Below, piece by piece: positions 40,000 to 51,284 of a stretch of DNA of 64,000 nucleotides (the stretch's first letter is position 1; every line of letters starts with the position of its first letter). The notes under the pieces were generated by a model. The model ran no database searches. It saw nothing but the letters and a program-made list of their open reading frames with translations, and was not told where the DNA came from. The stretch is from Candidatus Poribacteria bacterium (lineage in GTDB: Bacteria; Poribacteria; WGA-4E; PCPOR2b), in assembly GCA_965215015.1 (NCBI GenBank), contig OZ244042.1, forward strand, positions 5,408,001 to 5,472,000, read 5' to 3'. A program made the position numbers and the translations under genes.

Positions 40000-41148
40000 T
40001 TGAACAGCGTATTTCTGAAAGACATGGCTTATCGCAAGGCGCGGGTCATTCTCACCACGATAGGCATCACGGTATTGATTGCTCTCATTTTAATGATAGG
40101 GGGCATCATGAACGGTATGCGAATCCAAGCACAACAGTACCCTACATTCACAGGAGCGGATATTTGGATTTCCGCAGAGGGCTCCGGCAGCGCATTTATC
40201 GGCTTCTCTCTGCTTGTCCCAGAGCACCTTCCCTATCTTGATGAGGCCCTGCCTTTGAAGCCAAAATCCGCCTCACCGCTCGTTTTCGCACAAGCGCGCC
40301 CTGTGATTCGAGGGAAACTTGGCAAAGCAATTGTTGTGGGATATAAGCTGGGCAAATTAGGGGGGCCGACACAGTTTGAACTCACCGAGGGACGATTATT
40401 TACGCCCAGCGAATATGAAGAGTGGTCGGAAGCGGATATCCCGCTGCGTGAGGTTGTGGTTGATGAAAAAATGAACCTCGAAATCGGAGAACGAATTTTG
40501 ATCGGGAACAAGGACCTCAAAGTGGTTGGAAAAGCTAAGAGCCTGATGTTTGTCCTCGACACGCCGCTGCTGTTCATGGATCTGCGGACAGCACAAGAAG
40601 TATTGCTCAAAAACTCGCTCCACGTCAATATGATGATAGCTCAAGCGGCGGAGGGGTTTACTCCTGAGCGAGCCGCGAAAGAACTCGAAAACTTCGATGC
40701 GGAGTTCAAAACAATTGACGTCCGTACCCTTAGGCAAACACTCGGCGATATTATCGATACCTATGTGGATGAACCGATGAAAGCTGTTCAATTCCTACGG
40801 GTAATGCTCTGGATCGCCGCGGGGCTTATCGTTGGAATGATTACCTACGTCACAACGCTCGAAAAAACGCAAGAGATTGGTGTCCTCAAAGCAATAGGGG
40901 CGTCCAATCTTTACATTTTATCGCTAATAATCAAGCAGGTTGTTTTCATGTCAGTGATTGGCGTTATTTGTGGATTGATTTTATCGTATATCTTTGCTGT
41001 TGCTGCACCAATCTTCGTTTCAATTCACCCGGTCGAATCAGCGATTGTCGCGCTGATCAGCTTTGTTGTGTGTTGCGCCGGCGGTTATCTCGCTGGGCGA
41101 AAAGCAATCACTGTTGACCCAATGGTCGCATTTAGAGGAGAGGTGTAA
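40000..41148 (+). CDS. ABC transporter permease (MacB/FtsX-like)
   Basis: 'EKTQEIGVLKAIGAS' and C-terminal 'VDPMVAFR'. Confidence 0.9.
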   Translation: MNSVFLKDMAYRKARVILTTIGITVLIALILMIGGIMNGMRIQAQQYPTFTGADIWISAEGSGSAFIGFSLLVPEHLPYLDEALPLKPKSASPLVFAQARPVIRGKLGKAIVVGYKLGKLGGPTQFELTEGRLFTPSEYEEWSEADIPLREVVVDEKMNLEIGERILIGNKDLKVVGKAKSLMFVLDTPLLFMDLRTAQEVLLKNSLHVNMMIAQAAEGFTPERAAKELENFDAEFKTIDVRTLRQTLGDIIDTYVDEPMKAVQFLRVMLWIAAGLIVGMITYVTTLEKTQEIGVLKAIGASNLYILSLIIKQVVFMSVIGVICGLILSYIFAVAAPIFVSIHPVESAIVALISFVVCCAGGYLAGRKAITVDPMVAFRGEV

Positions 41149-41260
41149 TCCGCGAAAGTGAACGCAAATTGCTAGTAGTAGGCATACGCCGTATGCCCTA
41201 ACCCTTGTGCAAACCAAGGGAAGCAGCTGCGTGAATTGCTATAGAGTAGGGAGGAATCTA

Positions 41261-41935
41261 ATGGGAGTCGTGGTCGAAGGAAAAGGGTTAACAAAACATT
41301 TTGGAGACGGAGATGCAAGGGTCATCGCTGTTGACCAAGTTGATATCGCCATCGAAGAGGGCGAATTGATGATGTTCATGGGAGACAGCGGTTGTGGTAA
41401 GACCACGCTAATCAGTCTACTCGGTTGTATCCTCACACCGAGCGAAGGTGACGTTTGGATTGACGGGCAACAAATCGATTACGCAAATCACGATCTGTCC
41501 CAACTTCGCAGTGAGAAGATTGGTTTTGTCTTTCAGCTATTTAACCTTATTCCGTACCTAACAGCAATAGAAAATGTGATGGTCGCCATGGACATTGCCG
41601 GGCTCAAGAGCAACGAAGCGGAGACCCGCGCGACGGAGCTGCTCACTCAGATTGGACTGAAACAGCGTTTGTACCATCGGCCCGCCCAGCTTTCAGGCGG
41701 CGAAAAACAGCGCGTTTCCTTCGCACGCGCCCTTGCCAACAATCCCAAAATAATCTTTGCTGATGAACCCACTGCAAATCTTGACAGCCGGCAGAGTGCC
41801 AATCTGATGAACCTTGTTCGTGAACTACGCCAAGAACACCAGACCACAATTGCAATCGTAACGCATCACGAAGGCTTAAAGAAAGATGCGGATCGGGTGA
41901 TTCAAATGAAAGATGGACAACTTGTGTCGGTGTAG
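41261..41935 (+). CDS. ABC transporter ATP-binding protein (LolD/MacB-like)
   Basis: [16 protein letters not shown] and ADEPT; GGAGG RBS before ATG 41261. Confidence 0.93.
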   Translation: MGVVVEGKGLTKHFGDGDARVIAVDQVDIAIEEGELMMFMGDSGCGKTTLISLLGCILTPSEGDVWIDGQQIDYANHDLSQLRSEKIGFVFQLFNLIPYLTAIENVMVAMDIAGLKSNEAETRATELLTQIGLKQRLYHRPAQLSGGEKQRVSFARALANNPKIIFADEPTANLDSRQSANLMNLVRELRQEHQTTIAIVTHHEGLKKDADRVIQMKDGQLVSV

Positions 41936-42833
41936 CGCGGAAAGACTCATTATAGGGGTGGTGATATAACTCAAGTTGTTAGGGCATGCTGACATTTTGC
42001 TGTCTAAGCCCCCCTCAGCCCCGAATACCCATACGGTATCAGACCGTTCTAGGCTCAATGAGTCAGGAACTGACGGACAACCCACCGGGTATTTAGCAGG
42101 GGGAGGAGACGCGGAGCGTGCCGACTTCTATCGGATGAACTGTGGTTGCACGATGAATCACCGAACTATAAATAAATTTAACAATTCGTAGGTTGAGTTT
42201 CCTCGCTCAACCGATGTTGCAGGCACAAAGTCGAGCGAGACGTCCGACCTGCTAGTGTTTGCCTCAACCTGTCGGTCGAGATTAACACCTCGACAAAGCC
42301 TCAGACTATCGCGCTACGTTCTCGGTATTGTCGATTTTGGCAGATCGACCTACACAAGTCCCAAGTTGCTTTGAATCCCGATTTTATCGGGGTGCATCAG
42401 ATTGAAAACTCTCGGAACGGAGATCGGTTCAATTTGTCAACTGTCAACAGAACCTAGTGCTGAAAATCCATCAGTTTGCTGTTAAAGCTGAAGGACTCTA
42501 CTTTCGCCTCAGAGAAGCGCAATGTGTATAGAAACATGGTAGAACCAACCCTAAAGGCGGGCGACATGTATAAGCATACGTGAAACGTCATGCCTAAACA
42601 GTCGGAGCACAATTTGGAAGATACGCCCTCACCGCATGTTTTGTGTAGGAGGGAATTCCAATTCCCGACTCTTGCATCGGTTTCTGACGTTTGGTGTATC
42701 AACATAGCGAGTTGTGGTGTCAACCTTCTAATCGGGGCGCAGATTTCCCTATCTGCGATCGGGCCCCCGATGCAAAATCGGAGGAGGATGCGCGTCAAGT
42801 GCATAAACTTCTATCAGTTAAAGGAGCAAAATC

Positions 42834-44885
42834 ATGATACCTCAGAGACGATCCCGCAGATCAATCCATGCCTTACTCATTTCGTTGATTATTTATCTCT
42901 GCATTGCTATTACGTTGACGTTCATATATTATCAGCAAGATGGAACAGGATTTGATGAGATGGTGGAGCTCACGCTCCTTGATGAAAAAGATCTCCTCAA
43001 GTCGCGACGAGAAGCACTTAAACCACCTCCGCCGAAACGTCTCAGAGTCCCACGACAGGTTCAATCGCTAATTGTCCATCACCCCCAAACAGTCAAGTTG
43101 ACAGCTTCTGCAAATCCGATTAGTGAGACCCTCCGGCCATCAGCACAACCCTTACTTCACAGTGCAACCCCCGATCAATTCAATCCCCAGGACCAACTTC
43201 CCGATGTCACAACAGCGGCAGAACGACTCAATAGCCGTGAAACACGAATTAACGAGGTGGTCTCAACCCACTTTCAAACAACCAATGGGGAGGGAGTGAG
43301 AAGTCATCGACAGCGGGCTAAAGGAAGCGGTAAGCACGGCATCCATGCATTGGAGTCTACTGGCGCGTCAGATATCGGAACTGTTGGTAATCGGCCCGGT
43401 AAGCACGGCTCAGGTCAGGGAGAGGGCTCAATCACGGGCGAGGGTGCCTTTGCTAAGGCTTTGCATCGCATCGCCGAGCATATCATCGCTACGCGCCTGA
43501 AAAATAAAGTTGATGTCCTTTTTGTACTCGATACAAGCGCGAGTATGCAGGATAATATTCAGCAGGTCGCAGACAATCTATTCAGTATGACCAATGCGTT
43601 TGATGAAGTCAATATTGAATATTTTCTCGGCATGACTGAGTTTAGCATTAGGCAAGCGGGACAGGTGTTCAAGCGGCGTCCACTTGTGCCGGATGTTGGG
43701 ATGCTGCGGCATCGAATGGAAAAAATCCGATTGAGCGGAGATGAACACGCCCTTGATGCGATGGTGGATACCTTCAACTCTATGGAGTTTCGTTCAGATG
43801 CTGATAAGTTTCTAGTGCTAGTCACCGACGAACGCGCCACGACCCGATTCGGAATAGAATCGGACCTTAATGAGATGCGCCAGAAAGTGATCGATAATTG
43901 TCAGTTGCATGAGCTCCGTGTCAATGTGCTGGGGCATCCGGAGAGATATCAGAAGCGCCTTGCGGCGGAAACAGGAGGGCTATGGCAAGAGATTCCCGGC
44001 GGGGTCAGACAGAGTAGCTTGCCGCCTTCACGCGTTTCTCGCGGAGGTCTCGTTAAAATCTTCCGTGCAATTATCACCGATATCCGCCGAAACACCGGCC
44101 CGCGGTTATTCAGTCTTGGGCTTGAGTTCCAAGCAGCTTTGGAAGCCCACGAAGACGCTCTCGCCAAAAAACTACTTCAAGAGTTTCAAAAGCGCAACAT
44201 TCTCCTTTCTGAGACTTGGCAATCCACTGGAAGTACTACTCCCTTGGTGAAATTATTAGGTCAAAAGTGGGTGATAACAGATGACCTCGGACAATCCTAC
44301 ACAGTACGGAAAGAGGGGAAAAAACTCAATATCTACCGTAATGCCCATCCAGAAGCTTCTACACAGTCGAAGGTAGACATCGTCATCATGCTCGATTACA
44401 GCCGGAGTATGGGGGGCAAGTCTGAAGCGATAATGCTCGGCCTCAGTAACTTAATCGGGAGATTGAATCTTCTACCGATTGACTATCAAATCGGACTCAT
44501 CCGTTTTGCGGAACCCAAGGATGCAATCAAATCAATCAACGGTGTAGATGTCACCCAGATGCCGCTCGGAGAAACCGATATACGAATCCTAATGGAACTC
44601 CCCTTCGGTGGGGATGAACATCTCACAGATGCGATAGTAAAAGGGCTGCCGCGGATTCGCTTTCGTGGTGATGCTAGGCGCTTCCTCCTCGTTCTGACCG
44701 ATGAACCAAGCACCGGCACCGTCCCGCCGGAACAAGCGATAGTGCTCTGCCAATCATTAGGGTTGAGGGCATATGTCATCGGTGTGCCGCGAGAAGGCGA
44801 TTTTCAATTAAAGCTGCCTAAACAAACCGGCGGTCTGTTTTTCTGTATGCCGAAACACCAGTCCCTATCCTATCCATACCAGTGA
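42834..44885 (+). CDS. Membrane-anchored protein with two vWA domains
   Basis: N-terminal TM; MIDAS motifs 'DTSASM...VTDE' and 'DYSRSM...LTDE'. Confidence 0.85.
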   Translation: MIPQRRSRRSIHALLISLIIYLCIAITLTFIYYQQDGTGFDEMVELTLLDEKDLLKSRREALKPPPPKRLRVPRQVQSLIVHHPQTVKLTASANPISETLRPSAQPLLHSATPDQFNPQDQLPDVTTAAERLNSRETRINEVVSTHFQTTNGEGVRSHRQRAKGSGKHGIHALESTGASDIGTVGNRPGKHGSGQGEGSITGEGAFAKALHRIAEHIIATRLKNKVDVLFVLDTSASMQDNIQQVADNLFSMTNAFDEVNIEYFLGMTEFSIRQAGQVFKRRPLVPDVGMLRHRMEKIRLSGDEHALDAMVDTFNSMEFRSDADKFLVLVTDERATTRFGIESDLNEMRQKVIDNCQLHELRVNVLGHPERYQKRLAAETGGLWQEIPGGVRQSSLPPSRVSRGGLVKIFRAIITDIRRNTGPRLFSLGLEFQAALEAHEDALAKKLLQEFQKRNILLSETWQSTGSTTPLVKLLGQKWVITDDLGQSYTVRKEGKKLNIYRNAHPEASTQSKVDIVIMLDYSRSMGGKSEAIMLGLSNLIGRLNLLPIDYQIGLIRFAEPKDAIKSINGVDVTQMPLGETDIRILMELPFGGDEHLTDAIVKGLPRIRFRGDARRFLLVLTDEPSTGTVPPEQAIVLCQSLGLRAYVIGVPREGDFQLKLPKQTGGLFFCMPKHQSLSYPYQ

Positions 44886-44963
44886 TATATTCCCACAGCT
44901 GATGGGCATTTCTTATAGGTATCGTCCTTTGAGGCAAAAAAAACACGCGAATGAAAAAAAATC

Positions 44964-45004
44964 TTGACAAAAGGAAACGTATTTGATATAATTAACAGTG
45001 TTAA
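44964..45004 (+). promoter_or_regulatory. Sigma70 promoter with an overlapping palindromic operator
   Basis: TTGACA-17 bp-TATAAT, followed by TTAACAGTGTTAA. Confidence 0.8.
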
Positions 45005-45030
45005 GTTAAATTACCATGTAAATTAAGGGG

Positions 45031-45642
45031 GTGAAAATGGGTGCTAAAGAACGGAGAGCGAGGGAAAAAGAGCAGTTACGGCGTCAAATTCTTTCTGCAG
45101 CGCGAGAATTGTTCGTCAATGAAGGCTACGAGAATGTCTCTATGCGAAAGATTGCTAATAAAATCGAGTATTCACCGACGACAATCTACCTTTACTTCAA
45201 AGACAAGGCAAATCTTTTGGATTCCGTTTGCAAGGAGACTCTCCTGGACCTCTTGAACACGCTTGAGCTTCTAAAAAGAGATAAAAGTGCCCCCGTCGAG
45301 GCCCTGAGAAAAAGTGGAAAAGCCTATGTCGAATTCGGTCTAAAATATCCGCAAGATTATAAGCTGACATTTGTTGTCCGTCCCCAGTTCCAGACGGGTT
45401 TAGGTCTGCAAGAGGGATCGGTCGGCGAAAGGGTGTTTAATAACCTGCGCGCAACGGTCTCCGAATGTATTCGACAGAAGGCATTCCGCCAAGTGGATGT
45501 CGATGCCACCGGTCAGGCACTGTGGTCAGCGGTTCATGGTGTCACATTGCTCCTGATTGATTTTTCCGATTTCCCTTGGAGTGACAAAGATAAATTAATC
45601 GACATGGTGATTGACACGATGATCGAAGGTTTGAAGGCATAG
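45031..45642 (+). CDS. TetR/AcrR-family regulator (WHG-type C-terminal domain)
   Basis: HTH 'SMRKIANKIEYSPTTIYLYFKDK' and 'WSAVHG'. Confidence 0.93.
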   Translation: MKMGAKERRAREKEQLRRQILSAARELFVNEGYENVSMRKIANKIEYSPTTIYLYFKDKANLLDSVCKETLLDLLNTLELLKRDKSAPVEALRKSGKAYVEFGLKYPQDYKLTFVVRPQFQTGLGLQEGSVGERVFNNLRATVSECIRQKAFRQVDVDATGQALWSAVHGVTLLLIDFSDFPWSDKDKLIDMVIDTMIEGLKA

Positions 45643-45749
45643 ATTGTAAATTATTTGGCGAAGGGTGCCATATTTTTTTTGCCAATATATTAACGGTGTT
45701 AATTTATTTATCTATGTTAATATATGGAAATCCTGAGAGGAAAATAAGG

Positions 45750-47408
45750 ATGAAAAATCGAAACCTATCCCACAAGCACTGTCTTTTTGCAAAACTTAGT
45801 TCGGCTACCAATCACGCGAGGTGCTATAGACGAAGCCTATTCTCCATCTTGGTTCTTGGAGTGTTCCTATCGGGCTGTTCTGGTCTGTTTGGCAAAGGGG
45901 TCGATCCGATGTCGTCTGCCGCGGAATTTACTTTCGAGCAGTACGAGGTCGGCACCGGCACCGCGAAACACCAGACCGTTTTGACGGGATTTCTTCTCGG
46001 TGGTACTATCGCAGAACTTGTCGTGGTGAACGCCAACGCGGAGGGCGATCGCCGCTTGCACATCTACACATTCGCCGACGACAGCTGGACACCGAAACTG
46101 GACATAACGCTGCGTCCCGAAGTGTTGTTCGTCGACATCGCTAACATCGGTGGATGCGATCGATTGATTATGTATGAAACCGGTCACCTGAACTGGTTCG
46201 ATCCCGAATCAGCAACGGAGCACATGCTGGTAGCAGTTACTTCCAATACCCCACCTCCCGAAGGCGAAATTACCCATGTCGATATCACTCATGACCTCAA
46301 CAGCGACAACCGCGATGATCTGGTCGTGCCAGACTCAGATGGCTTCTGGGTGTTTATCCAAATGAACGATGGCACGCTCGCCGATCCAGTACAGATTGGG
46401 TCCCCCATTGAGACGAGCAGGATCTACGCCGCCGATGGATATCGATACAACCCCTGGGTTGAGGGCAATGTCCACGAAATGGACTATAACCGGGATGGAC
46501 GCAGCGACTTGGTATTCTGGAACGAAGATCATTTCCTCGTTAGTCTCCAAGATGAGCGAGGGTTATTCTCTCAGGAGGTAGAGACCTTCACAACCGAGGT
46601 AGCCTTCGATTCCGACGACCTCGCCTCGCTTGTTGCACCCGATGGGGTTCGCGGACGGCGTTTTGACCACGGTGCACCCGGTGCCATGACGGGAAGAGTG
46701 CTCCACACGTTGACCGACATGAATCACGATGGCGTTGCCGACCTCGCAATCTTCTCGTTGCAGGCAGGCAGCAGTCGCCTCTTGGGACAAACATCCGAGC
46801 TGTGGAATATGCAATCCACCTACGAGGTGCACTTCGGCGCACCCACACCCGGTGGCACCGTGTTCGGGACAGAGGTCGGCACCATGATTCGGTCGGATGG
46901 CATCCCCTTCGAGATAGGCGCGCGCGATTTTGACCATGACGGTCAGGTCGATGTGATGGTCGCGATCATCGACCCGGGCATCTTCAAAATCATCGGTATG
47001 TTGGCTAGGGGGCTTGTGACGCATTCTGCGTTGCTGGATCTCCATCTCTACCGCATGGAAGGAGGCTCGTATCCCGACGAGCATGACGCCACCTACAAAA
47101 TCAAGGCGTACACCCCCGGCGATTCAGGGAAGAAGGCCATGCACTTTCCGTCGGTGCTGTTCGGAGACGTGAACGGCGACGGACTGCCAGATCTGCTGGT
47201 GCAGCATGGGCAGAAAGAACTACACATCTTTAACGGCGTACCAGGCCCCAATCTGTTCGTCAAGCAACCTCAAAAAGTGGCAGTCACGATGCCCTATGAG
47301 GAATATACATGGCTGGTGGATCTCAATAAGGATGGCGTGCAGGACATCCTCATGCACCACCTGTCCACCACCGAGCCGCATCGAGTGACGTCCCTGATCG
47401 CCCAATGA
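45750..47408 (+). CDS. FG-GAP/VCBS-repeat protein, probable lipoprotein
   Basis: Lipobox-like LSGC; multiple D.N.DG..DL repeats. Confidence 0.85.
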   Translation: MKNRNLSHKHCLFAKLSSATNHARCYRRSLFSILVLGVFLSGCSGLFGKGVDPMSSAAEFTFEQYEVGTGTAKHQTVLTGFLLGGTIAELVVVNANAEGDRRLHIYTFADDSWTPKLDITLRPEVLFVDIANIGGCDRLIMYETGHLNWFDPESATEHMLVAVTSNTPPPEGEITHVDITHDLNSDNRDDLVVPDSDGFWVFIQMNDGTLADPVQIGSPIETSRIYAADGYRYNPWVEGNVHEMDYNRDGRSDLVFWNEDHFLVSLQDERGLFSQEVETFTTEVAFDSDDLASLVAPDGVRGRRFDHGAPGAMTGRVLHTLTDMNHDGVADLAIFSLQAGSSRLLGQTSELWNMQSTYEVHFGAPTPGGTVFGTEVGTMIRSDGIPFEIGARDFDHDGQVDVMVAIIDPGIFKIIGMLARGLVTHSALLDLHLYRMEGGSYPDEHDATYKIKAYTPGDSGKKAMHFPSVLFGDVNGDGLPDLLVQHGQKELHIFNGVPGPNLFVKQPQKVAVTMPYEEYTWLVDLNKDGVQDILMHHLSTTEPHRVTSLIAQ

Positions 47409-48010
47409 GCGAAATCAGTGACTTATACCGTTTCTAAATCATTTGGTCTCACGATTTGGACAGAAAACAATGCGTATCAACGAGGAAGTACCTCCGTTCA
47501 AGGGTTGATCAGTTGAGGAGTGCTCATAAATAGGGCCTGATGTGTATACTCTCAACGGGCGTTGGTCTTGGAAACCAAGCCCCTACAATTGGCCAAAGCG
47601 ATCTTGCCCGAGTAAGCGATGACACGCATTGAATAATGAGCACCTCTCAAATAAATAACCCTGTTCGTAGTAGCGCAATTCATTGCCCATTTGTCCCTAT
47701 CCGTGTCCTCCGCTAAAGCCGCGATCCAACACTTTTTCATTTGTGTCGATTGGCGGAGATTTGCGGAGCCATTTTTCAACCATGAATCCGCGCGAATCTT
47801 CGCCAATTGCTATTCACACGCGCCAACAAATTTTCCCGAACATTCAATTGTTTCTCAACCCGTGTTATCTGAGTCAGCCGTTTAATTCGGGATTCAGACA
47901 ATTATTATGAGCACCCCTCGATTAGTTCATGAGTTCACCGATTCGTGGATTCATGGGTTCAAAAAACGTGAGTTTTCGTCGGGTTTCACATTTCAAAAAG
48001 GAGGAAAATA

Positions 48011-48571
48011 ATGATACGCTCAATTTCACCCCTAATCGGTATCCTTTTGGCGATAATCTTCAGTGTTTCAGCTCAAGCGCAAGCAGCTGACCTCATCAAG
48101 AGTTTCGGTATTGGACTTCAGGGAGCTACCCCCGCATACGCTCTTCTTGACGAGCAACCGCAGACAATCATTGGTGGAATCAGTTTTCGCTATAACAGAC
48201 TAGCACCCGTCTATCTTCAAACTGTTGGTCGTTTTATTCTCAATGATCAGGATAGCGACCATATATTGGGTGCTGGCATTTCATATGCTATATTCGAGCA
48301 CCAAAGCGAGTGGACCATAGCCCGACTTTATTTTACCTTAGAAGGTGGCGGGCGATATGAAAAAGAGCAGGAGCTGGATCAAGAGATTGTCAAAACCACG
48401 ACTCTCGGAGTTGGGCTCGCTTTTGGAGGTGAACTTGTGTTTCCAATTGGGGGGATTCCCCTCGGCTTGAGCGTGAAAGTTGGCCAAGGGTTCAGTAGGG
48501 AAAAGACTGACTCTCAATCCAAGGGTCGCGCTGGCGTTTACGTGGGAACGGGCATACATGCCTATTTTTAG
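48011..48571 (+). CDS. Small outer-membrane beta-barrel protein
   Basis: Signal peptide, amphipathic beta strands, terminal Phe (GIHAYF). Confidence 0.7.
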   Translation: MIRSISPLIGILLAIIFSVSAQAQAADLIKSFGIGLQGATPAYALLDEQPQTIIGGISFRYNRLAPVYLQTVGRFILNDQDSDHILGAGISYAIFEHQSEWTIARLYFTLEGGGRYEKEQELDQEIVKTTTLGVGLAFGGELVFPIGGIPLGLSVKVGQGFSREKTDSQSKGRAGVYVGTGIHAYF

Positions 48572-49066
48572 ATTGGTATCAGTTAAACTCATAATCAACT
48601 TTTTACACATACGCTTCACGTTCCACATTCATTAGTGTAGGTTGGGTTTTATAGTTCCTGTTCAACCCAACTTACACTAATGAACCAATGAACTAACATG
48701 GCGGGGGCAACTTAGATTATAATAATCCAAGTTGCTAAAGAGTTCGTAGGTCAAGTTTCCATACTCGACGGCTAATGGAAATAGCCATACAATCCAATCG
48801 TAGCACAGGTTTCTCAACCTGTAATCGTCGAGCAGAGTCCGCCCACGATGAAAGTCAACAGCACCTAGCAACTTAGGTTATAATAGCCAATAGGTTGATT
48901 CGTGTCAGATCCATTTAGTGCTTGCATTTCTGGATTAGGTGTGCTAAAATCAGTCTAGTCTCTTAAAGGGCTTTGATAAAACTAGTGAAGGACAAATTCG
49001 ACTTTAAGTGGGCGTGTGAACGTGATTAACACTCAATTCTAAAACAATAGTGTAAGGAAAAATACA

Positions 49067-49639
49067 ATGGCAGACGTTCTGATTATCGGTGATGGTCCCG
49101 GCGGTTTAAGTGCCGCACTTTTCCTAGCCAAAAACGACATGAACGTAACCGTTTTTGGGCAGAATAAAACTTTTATGCACGATGCGATGCTCTACAATTA
49201 CTTGGGCATTCCTCAGATGACTGGAACTGAGTTTCAAGAGGTTTCGCGTAAACAGGTCGAGGGATTCGGCGGCAAAATTCTTGATGTCGAAGTGGCCGGG
49301 ATCGAGACGGGTGGAACTGAATTTTCCGTGAGTACGGCAGCGGGAGATAAACATCAGGGAAAATACCTTATCGTTGCGACCGGTTTTGAGGAGGGGTTGG
49401 TCGAAACGATCGGATTGGGTACCGATAGCGATAATGATGATGCTATTATTGCCGATCGAGAGGGAAAGACGGCTGTTGAAAACCTCTATGTTATCGGTTG
49501 GCTGACTCGCGGTCAGCGGACACAAGCGATCATTTCCGCCGGTGAAGGCGCAGCAGCAGCGTTAAGTATTCTCTCAACCGAAGCTGGGAGGGACTTTCAC
49601 GATTTTGATGTCGTCAAAGAAGATGGAGATGACGAGTAA
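49067..49639 (+). CDS. FAD-dependent oxidoreductase (short thioredoxin-reductase-like)
   Basis: 'IIGDGPGGLSAA', 'IVATG' and 'QAIISAGEGA'. Confidence 0.85.
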   Translation: MADVLIIGDGPGGLSAALFLAKNDMNVTVFGQNKTFMHDAMLYNYLGIPQMTGTEFQEVSRKQVEGFGGKILDVEVAGIETGGTEFSVSTAAGDKHQGKYLIVATGFEEGLVETIGLGTDSDNDDAIIADREGKTAVENLYVIGWLTRGQRTQAIISAGEGAAAALSILSTEAGRDFHDFDVVKEDGDDE

Positions 49640-49733
49640 GACACGGCAACTCGTCAGCAACTAAGAGGCTCAGGGACGTTGTCTCTGGGCTTTTTTAAAG
49701 CCGGTAAGTTTTTAACATTGAAGGAGAACTGGA

Positions 49734-51284
49734 ATGCGATGGTCCAGAATAAATACAACCAGGACGCAAAAAACACTGTACTGCCTCATTTGTCTGCTGT
49801 TTACTTTGTATGCAGTCACCTTACACGCAACCGGATTTGAAGATGTCCAGCAAAAAATTAGAGAGCATGTTTTGTCCAACGGTATGAAGTTCATCATCCT
49901 TGAACGACATGAAGCACCAGTATTTTCAGGATATATCTATGTCAACGTTGGCAGTGCTGACGAAATGTATGGAAACACTGGAATTGCCCATGTCTTTGAA
50001 CACATGGCATTCAAGGGGACCACGACGCTCGGAACAAAAGGGTACGATAATGAAAAAGCACTTATGGATAAAATGGATGAGGTGTTTGATCGACTCAGAG
50101 CCGAATGGGCGAAAGGCGATCACGCAGATGCGGAAAAGCTGGGCGAATTAGACAGAGAATTTAAGCGACTTCAGGAGGAAGCCTCTCAATACTCTGATGG
50201 TGAGGAATACACGAAAATCTTAGAACAGGAAGGAGCTGTTGGTGTCAATGCCGGCACGTCCGCCGATTGGACTGCGTATTTCTATAGTCTTCCTTCAAAT
50301 AGGATTGAGTTGTGGATGGCACTGGAATCGGAGCGATTTATTGATCCCGTGATGCGAGAGTTTTTCAGGGAGAAAGAGGTCATTAAAGAAGAGCGGCGGA
50401 TGCGGACTGAAAGCAGTCCAATCGGTAGACTGATTGAGGAACTCCAAGCACTTGCATATCTGGCGCATCCCTATGGTCATCCAATCATTGGACACATGTC
50501 AGATATTAACACGACAACGCGAGCGGAAGCCCTTCAGTTTTTTGAAAAATACTATACCCCCGGCAATATGGTTGCTGCAATTGTTGGCGATGTAAATACC
50601 GATGAAGTTATCCAGATGGCGGAAAAATATTTTGGCAGAATGCCTGCTCGCCCAAATCCATCCCACGTTGAAACTACTGAGCCAAAACAGTTAGGAGAAC
50701 GGCGCATCAAAATTGTAGAACAAACGCAGCCATTCATTGCTATTGCCTACCACAAACCCGAAGTCAGACATCCGGACAACGCTGTATTTGGTGCAATAAC
50801 GGATATTTTGGCTTCGGGGCGAACGTCCCGCCTTTATAAAAAATTAATTCGCGACGAAAAGGTCTCCATTTCCGCCGGGGCTTTCCCGGGATTTCCGGGC
50901 GACAAATACTCAAATCTCTTCCTCTTCTATTCTTTTCCGGCACCAGGGCACACGAACTCGAAAAACGAAGAGATGATTTTGGCTGAAATTGAGCATCTCA
51001 AAACGGAGTTAGTTTCGGAAGCAGAACTAAAGAAAGTTAAAACACTTGCCAAGGCGGCACAAATCCGTTCCCTGCGTTCTAACAGCGGGTTAGCTGGAAT
51101 GTTATGTAGTGCTGAGTTCCTTCTAGGGGACTGGCGGGAGCTGTTTAAGTCGCTTGAGCACATTGAAAAAGTGACGAGCGAAGATATCAAACGGGTTGCA
51201 AATGAATATTTTGTGGATTCCAACAGATCCGTGGCAGAGATTGTGACATCGGCATCCGATGAAGAAAAGGAGGAAAGTCAGTGA
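49734..51284 (+). CDS. M16 (pitrilysin) zinc peptidase, catalytic subunit
   Basis: HxxEH motif 'AHVFEHMAFKG'; signal peptide. Confidence 0.93.
   Translation: MRWSRINTTRTQKTLYCLICLLFTLYAVTLHATGFEDVQQKIREHVLSNGMKFIILERHEAPVFSGYIYVNVGSADEMYGNTGIAHVFEHMAFKGTTTLGTKGYDNEKALMDKMDEVFDRLRAEWAKGDHADAEKLGELDREFKRLQEEASQYSDGEEYTKILEQEGAVGVNAGTSADWTAYFYSLPSNRIELWMALESERFIDPVMREFFREKEVIKEERRMRTESSPIGRLIEELQALAYLAHPYGHPIIGHMSDINTTTRAEALQFFEKYYTPGNMVAAIVGDVNTDEVIQMAEKYFGRMPARPNPSHVETTEPKQLGERRIKIVEQTQPFIAIAYHKPEVRHPDNAVFGAITDILASGRTSRLYKKLIRDEKVSISAGAFPGFPGDKYSNLFLFYSFPAPGHTNSKNEEMILAEIEHLKTELVSEAELKKVKTLAKAAQIRSLRSNSGLAGMLCSAEFLLGDWRELFKSLEHIEKVTSEDIKRVANEYFVDSNRSVAEIVTSASDEEKEESQ

Noticed and set aside
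42050-42110. Hammerhead or twister ribozyme in the repeated head motif
   Set aside because: The core consensus (CUGANGA...GAAA, or twister P2/pseudoknot pairings) is not met, and the stem is not preserved in the second copy.
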